This document shows, piece after piece, positions 61,349-64,000 of a stretch of 64,000 nucleotides of DNA; within the stretch, counting starts at the first letter, position 1, and every line of letters starts with the position of its first letter. This stretch comes from Syntrophales bacterium. GTDB lineage: Bacteria > Desulfobacterota > Syntrophia > Syntrophales > UBA2210. Below the pieces are notes generated by a model, which did not search any database, was not told where the DNA came from, and saw only the letters and a program-made list of their open reading frames with translations. The stretch is from positions 1,568,001 through 1,632,000 of the forward strand of contig CAXXKT010000001.1 of NCBI GenBank assembly GCA_963662405.2, given 5' to 3'. A program made the translations under genes and the position numbers.

Positions 61349-62893
61349 ATGAAATTTCAAGAACTTCTCGAAGATTATGCCCAGAAGAAGGAAAAGGCCC
61401 TTGGACAGGGGGGACCGGAAAAGATCAAAAAACAACATGACCGCGGCGCTCTCACTGCCCGTGAACGGGTGGCAACGATCCTGGATAAAGACTCCTTTAT
61501 GGAGTGGGGCCTCTTTGCAACCTCAGACAGACCCGGGATGGAAGACAAGACGCCTGCAGACGGAGTTGTGATGGGTTACGGTACCATCAATGATCGACGG
61601 GTAGGAGTGGTCGCCAATGATTTTACGGTGCTTGCATCCACCAATGCAAGAATCAACCTGAAGAAGAGTATCCAGTTCAAGACCCAGGTAAATAAAAACC
61701 TGGTTCCCCTCATCTGGTTCGGGGAGGCTGGTGGAGCCCGCATGCCCGACGTCCAAGGTTCAAAGGGGATCTGTTCGATAGGGGGAGGAGGTACTGACAC
61801 TCTTCGGGTAGAGTACGGACACATCAGAAACTATCCCTTTATCATGGCCGCCATGGGAGAATGCTACGGTATACCCGATTTTCAAGCCTGTCTTGCCGAT
61901 TTTGTTGTTCAGGTCAAGGGGAGTGCGATCTCAATCTCCGGTCCTCGAGCCCTTTCGAAGGCCATTGGTCAATCTTTTTCCGGAGAAGAACTCGGGGGCT
62001 GGGAGGTCCATGATAAGATCACTGGAATGGCCGACCGGATTGCCGAGAACGAGGGAGAATGTTTCGAAATCATTAAGGAATTCCTCGATTACATGCCGTC
62101 AAATAACCAAGAATTGCCACCGGTTCGTCCGGTACCGGAAGGTTCTGGTGACAACATGAATGGCATCCTTGAGTTTCTGCCGGAAAAGCGCACGCGTACC
62201 TACGATATGCACAAGATTATCGAATGCATCGTTGACGGGGGAAAACTGTTCGAACTGAAACCGAACTTCGGCAAGATGCTCATCACCAGCCTCTGCAGGA
62301 TCAATGGGGAAACCGTCGGCGTTATTGCCAACAACCCGGCCCATAATCTGGGGGCCATGAATACGGATGGTCTTGAAAAGCTTGCCAGTTTCATGTGCCT
62401 GTGTGATTCCTTCAACATTCCTCTCTTGTTCCTCCACGATACACCAGGCCACTGGGTAGGAAAGGAGGCTGAAGAGAAACGGGTGGGAGCCAAGGTGATG
62501 AATGCCCTTCAGGCCCTGTACCAGGTTACGGTCCCGAAGATATCGATTGTGATTCGGAAATCATATGGTCAGGCCGCGGCGAACATGTGCGCTCAAGGCA
62601 GCGGTCCCGATTACTTCGTTGTGTGGCCTACGGCGGAGGTGGGGTTCATGGATCCCACGATAGCCGCAGATGTGGTATTCGGCAAGCTTCCCGAAGAAGA
62701 GCGGAATAAGTTGACCGAGGCCATGGTCCAGGATTGTTCGCCATATCCAATGGCACAGGAATTCTATGCGCAAGACATACTTGATCCGCGTGAAACTCGC
62801 AACTATCTGATCGGTGTGCTAAAAATCATTCGTGATTCGGCAAACAGAGGGATGAGTGAACATCTCTTGTCGGGATGGCCCACCAAGTTTTGA
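61349..62893 (+). CDS. Acyl-CoA carboxyltransferase subunit
   Basis: GGPEKIKKQH, LTARER, NDFTVL, GGARMPD, CDSFNIPL, DTPG, RKSYG. Confidence 0.88.
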   Translation: MKFQELLEDYAQKKEKALGQGGPEKIKKQHDRGALTARERVATILDKDSFMEWGLFATSDRPGMEDKTPADGVVMGYGTINDRRVGVVANDFTVLASTNARINLKKSIQFKTQVNKNLVPLIWFGEAGGARMPDVQGSKGICSIGGGGTDTLRVEYGHIRNYPFIMAAMGECYGIPDFQACLADFVVQVKGSAISISGPRALSKAIGQSFSGEELGGWEVHDKITGMADRIAENEGECFEIIKEFLDYMPSNNQELPPVRPVPEGSGDNMNGILEFLPEKRTRTYDMHKIIECIVDGGKLFELKPNFGKMLITSLCRINGETVGVIANNPAHNLGAMNTDGLEKLASFMCLCDSFNIPLLFLHDTPGHWVGKEAEEKRVGAKVMNALQALYQVTVPKISIVIRKSYGQAAANMCAQGSGPDYFVVWPTAEVGFMDPTIAADVVFGKLPEEERNKLTEAMVQDCSPYPMAQEFYAQDILDPRETRNYLIGVLKIIRDSANRGMSEHLLSGWPTKF

Positions 62894-63042
62894 TAACTGT
62901 TGGTTATCCAAGATATCATGGCGATTATATCGCGGCAAGGGGCTGTTACATAATGTATTTTATTGGCGTATACCTGTAAATAAAAAGAATATCCATGGCT
63001 GGTAGTGGAAGGCTTTAAACAAAATAATCAGGAGGAGTAGAA

Positions 63043-63258
63043 ATGAGCGTAGAGATTACGGCCCCGATGCCGGGGAACATTGTCGAGATTATGGTGAAAG
63101 TCGGCGATACGGTCAGTGAGGGTGATGAGGTGATCATCCTGGAGGCGATGAAGATGGAGAACCCCATCTTTGCCCCGGCGGACGGTGCGGTCAAAGAGAT
63201 CAAGGTCAAGGAAAAGGATGCCGTTGAAGCCGACCAGGTGCTGATGATCCTGGAATAG
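63043..63258 (+). CDS. Biotin carboxyl carrier subunit
   Basis: APMPG, EAMKME. Confidence 0.95.
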   Translation: MSVEITAPMPGNIVEIMVKVGDTVSEGDEVIILEAMKMENPIFAPADGAVKEIKVKEKDAVEADQVLMILE

Positions 63259-63373
63259 ATGAAAGGTGAGAAGGGATAAGGGGGGTAGGTGCTTCACTTA
63301 TCCCTTCTCTTGTGTTTGATCCCGGTAAATCGCCAGAGAACGGTTTATCCGGGCGAGAGGAGTCGATAGTGAT

Positions 63374-63508
63374 ATGATTGACTGGGGATTAGCGATTAAG
63401 ACGGCCTGTGGTGGATTCGGCTTAGTCTTCGGGATACTGGTGCTGCTGTGGGGATCGGTGGAACTGACACGAGTGATTACCAACAAGATTGCCGGAGACA
63501 AGAAATAG
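63374..63508 (+). CDS. OadG-like small membrane subunit (44 aa)
   Basis: MIDWGLAIKTACGGFGLVFGILVLLWGSVELTRVITNKIAGDKK; between biotin carrier and beta subunit. Confidence 0.7.
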   Translation: MIDWGLAIKTACGGFGLVFGILVLLWGSVELTRVITNKIAGDKK

Positions 63509-63541
63509 ATGCAGTGATGGTGCTGAAGAGGAGGAGCGGAC

Positions 63542-64000
63542 GTGTTATTCGGATTACTTGAGACGGGATTTCCCCTTTTTTACTGGGGGAATGCCCTGAT
63601 GATCGTGATAGGTCTCGGCTTTATATATCTGGCCATTGCCAAGAAGATGGAGCCCCTTTTGCTAGTTCCGATCGGGTTCGGCATGATACTGGTCAACCTG
63701 CCCCTCGGGGGTATGATGGATTATGAGATGAAGATGAGGGCCCCCCAGGCCGGCACGGTGATGGAGGTGTCGATGCGGGAAGGGGATTCCTTCCAGAAGG
63801 GTGGGGTCATCTATAAACTCGACTCGGGGGAGATACGGACCCCCGTCTTCGGGCAGGTTGACAGCCTGAAGATATCCACGGGTCAGCATATCGAGAAGGG
63901 GCAGGTGATTGCCTCTCTCATTACGATGGAACAGACCAACCAGGCGGAGTACTCCACCCGTCCCGTGGGACTCCTTTCCCGGATCTTCCAGTTCGGTGTG
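63542..64000 (+). CDS. Na+-translocating decarboxylase beta subunit (3'-truncated by window)
   Basis: YLAIAKKMEPLLLVPIGFGMILVNLP; RBS GAGGAGG, GTG start. Confidence 0.9.
   Translation, partial: MLFGLLETGFPLFYWGNALMIVIGLGFIYLAIAKKMEPLLLVPIGFGMILVNLPLGGMMDYEMKMRAPQAGTVMEVSMREGDSFQKGGVIYKLDSGEIRTPVFGQVDSLKISTGQHIEKGQVIASLITMEQTNQAEYSTRPVGLLSRIFQFGV

Noticed and set aside
1..64000. CRISPR array, rRNA or long tandem repeat array
   Set aside because: No regularly spaced repeats or rRNA signatures seen by eye.

Overview
Bacterial chromosomal window, probably from an anaerobic Desulfobacterota/Syntrophales-like organism (inferred from gene content only). In order: the 3' part of dnaK; redox/sulfur genes including tusA-dsrE-iscS-like-iscU/DUF59; a large class III cyclase/Zn-knuckle/TPR membrane protein; msrA; a 5xPAS-GGDEF-EAL protein; split metH, tkt, xth and a Kef-type antiporter; MarR plus a proVWX betaine ABC transporter; a CoA-persulfide reductase-like gene; hisF; a cobalamin-riboswitch cobamide salvage operon with exbBD-tonB; a Csd6/Csd4/bactofilin-like peptidoglycan cluster; nfi and ribF; tRNA-Leu(CAG) followed by an AT-richer island (integrase and IS200 remnants, TetR, catabolic genes); and a Na+-translocating decarboxylase cluster cut by the window end. 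Main signals not shown by the ORF track: (1) a 51-aa membrane-anchored putative selenoprotein (UxxxxC) with its own promoter, RBS and SECIS-like hairpin at 26821-26976(-); (2) a UGA/Sec-type MsrA with signal peptide and SECIS-like hairpin; (3) an IscS homolog with Thr replacing the PLP lysine, inside a TusA/DsrE sulfur-relay operon; (4) two ATP-dependent amide-ligase-fold genes embedded in the B12 salvage operon. Four +1 frameshifts in C/G runs (dnaK, GGDEF, cobS, btuF) are probably sequencing errors. All calls come from manual reading and motif recognition; no database searches were run.
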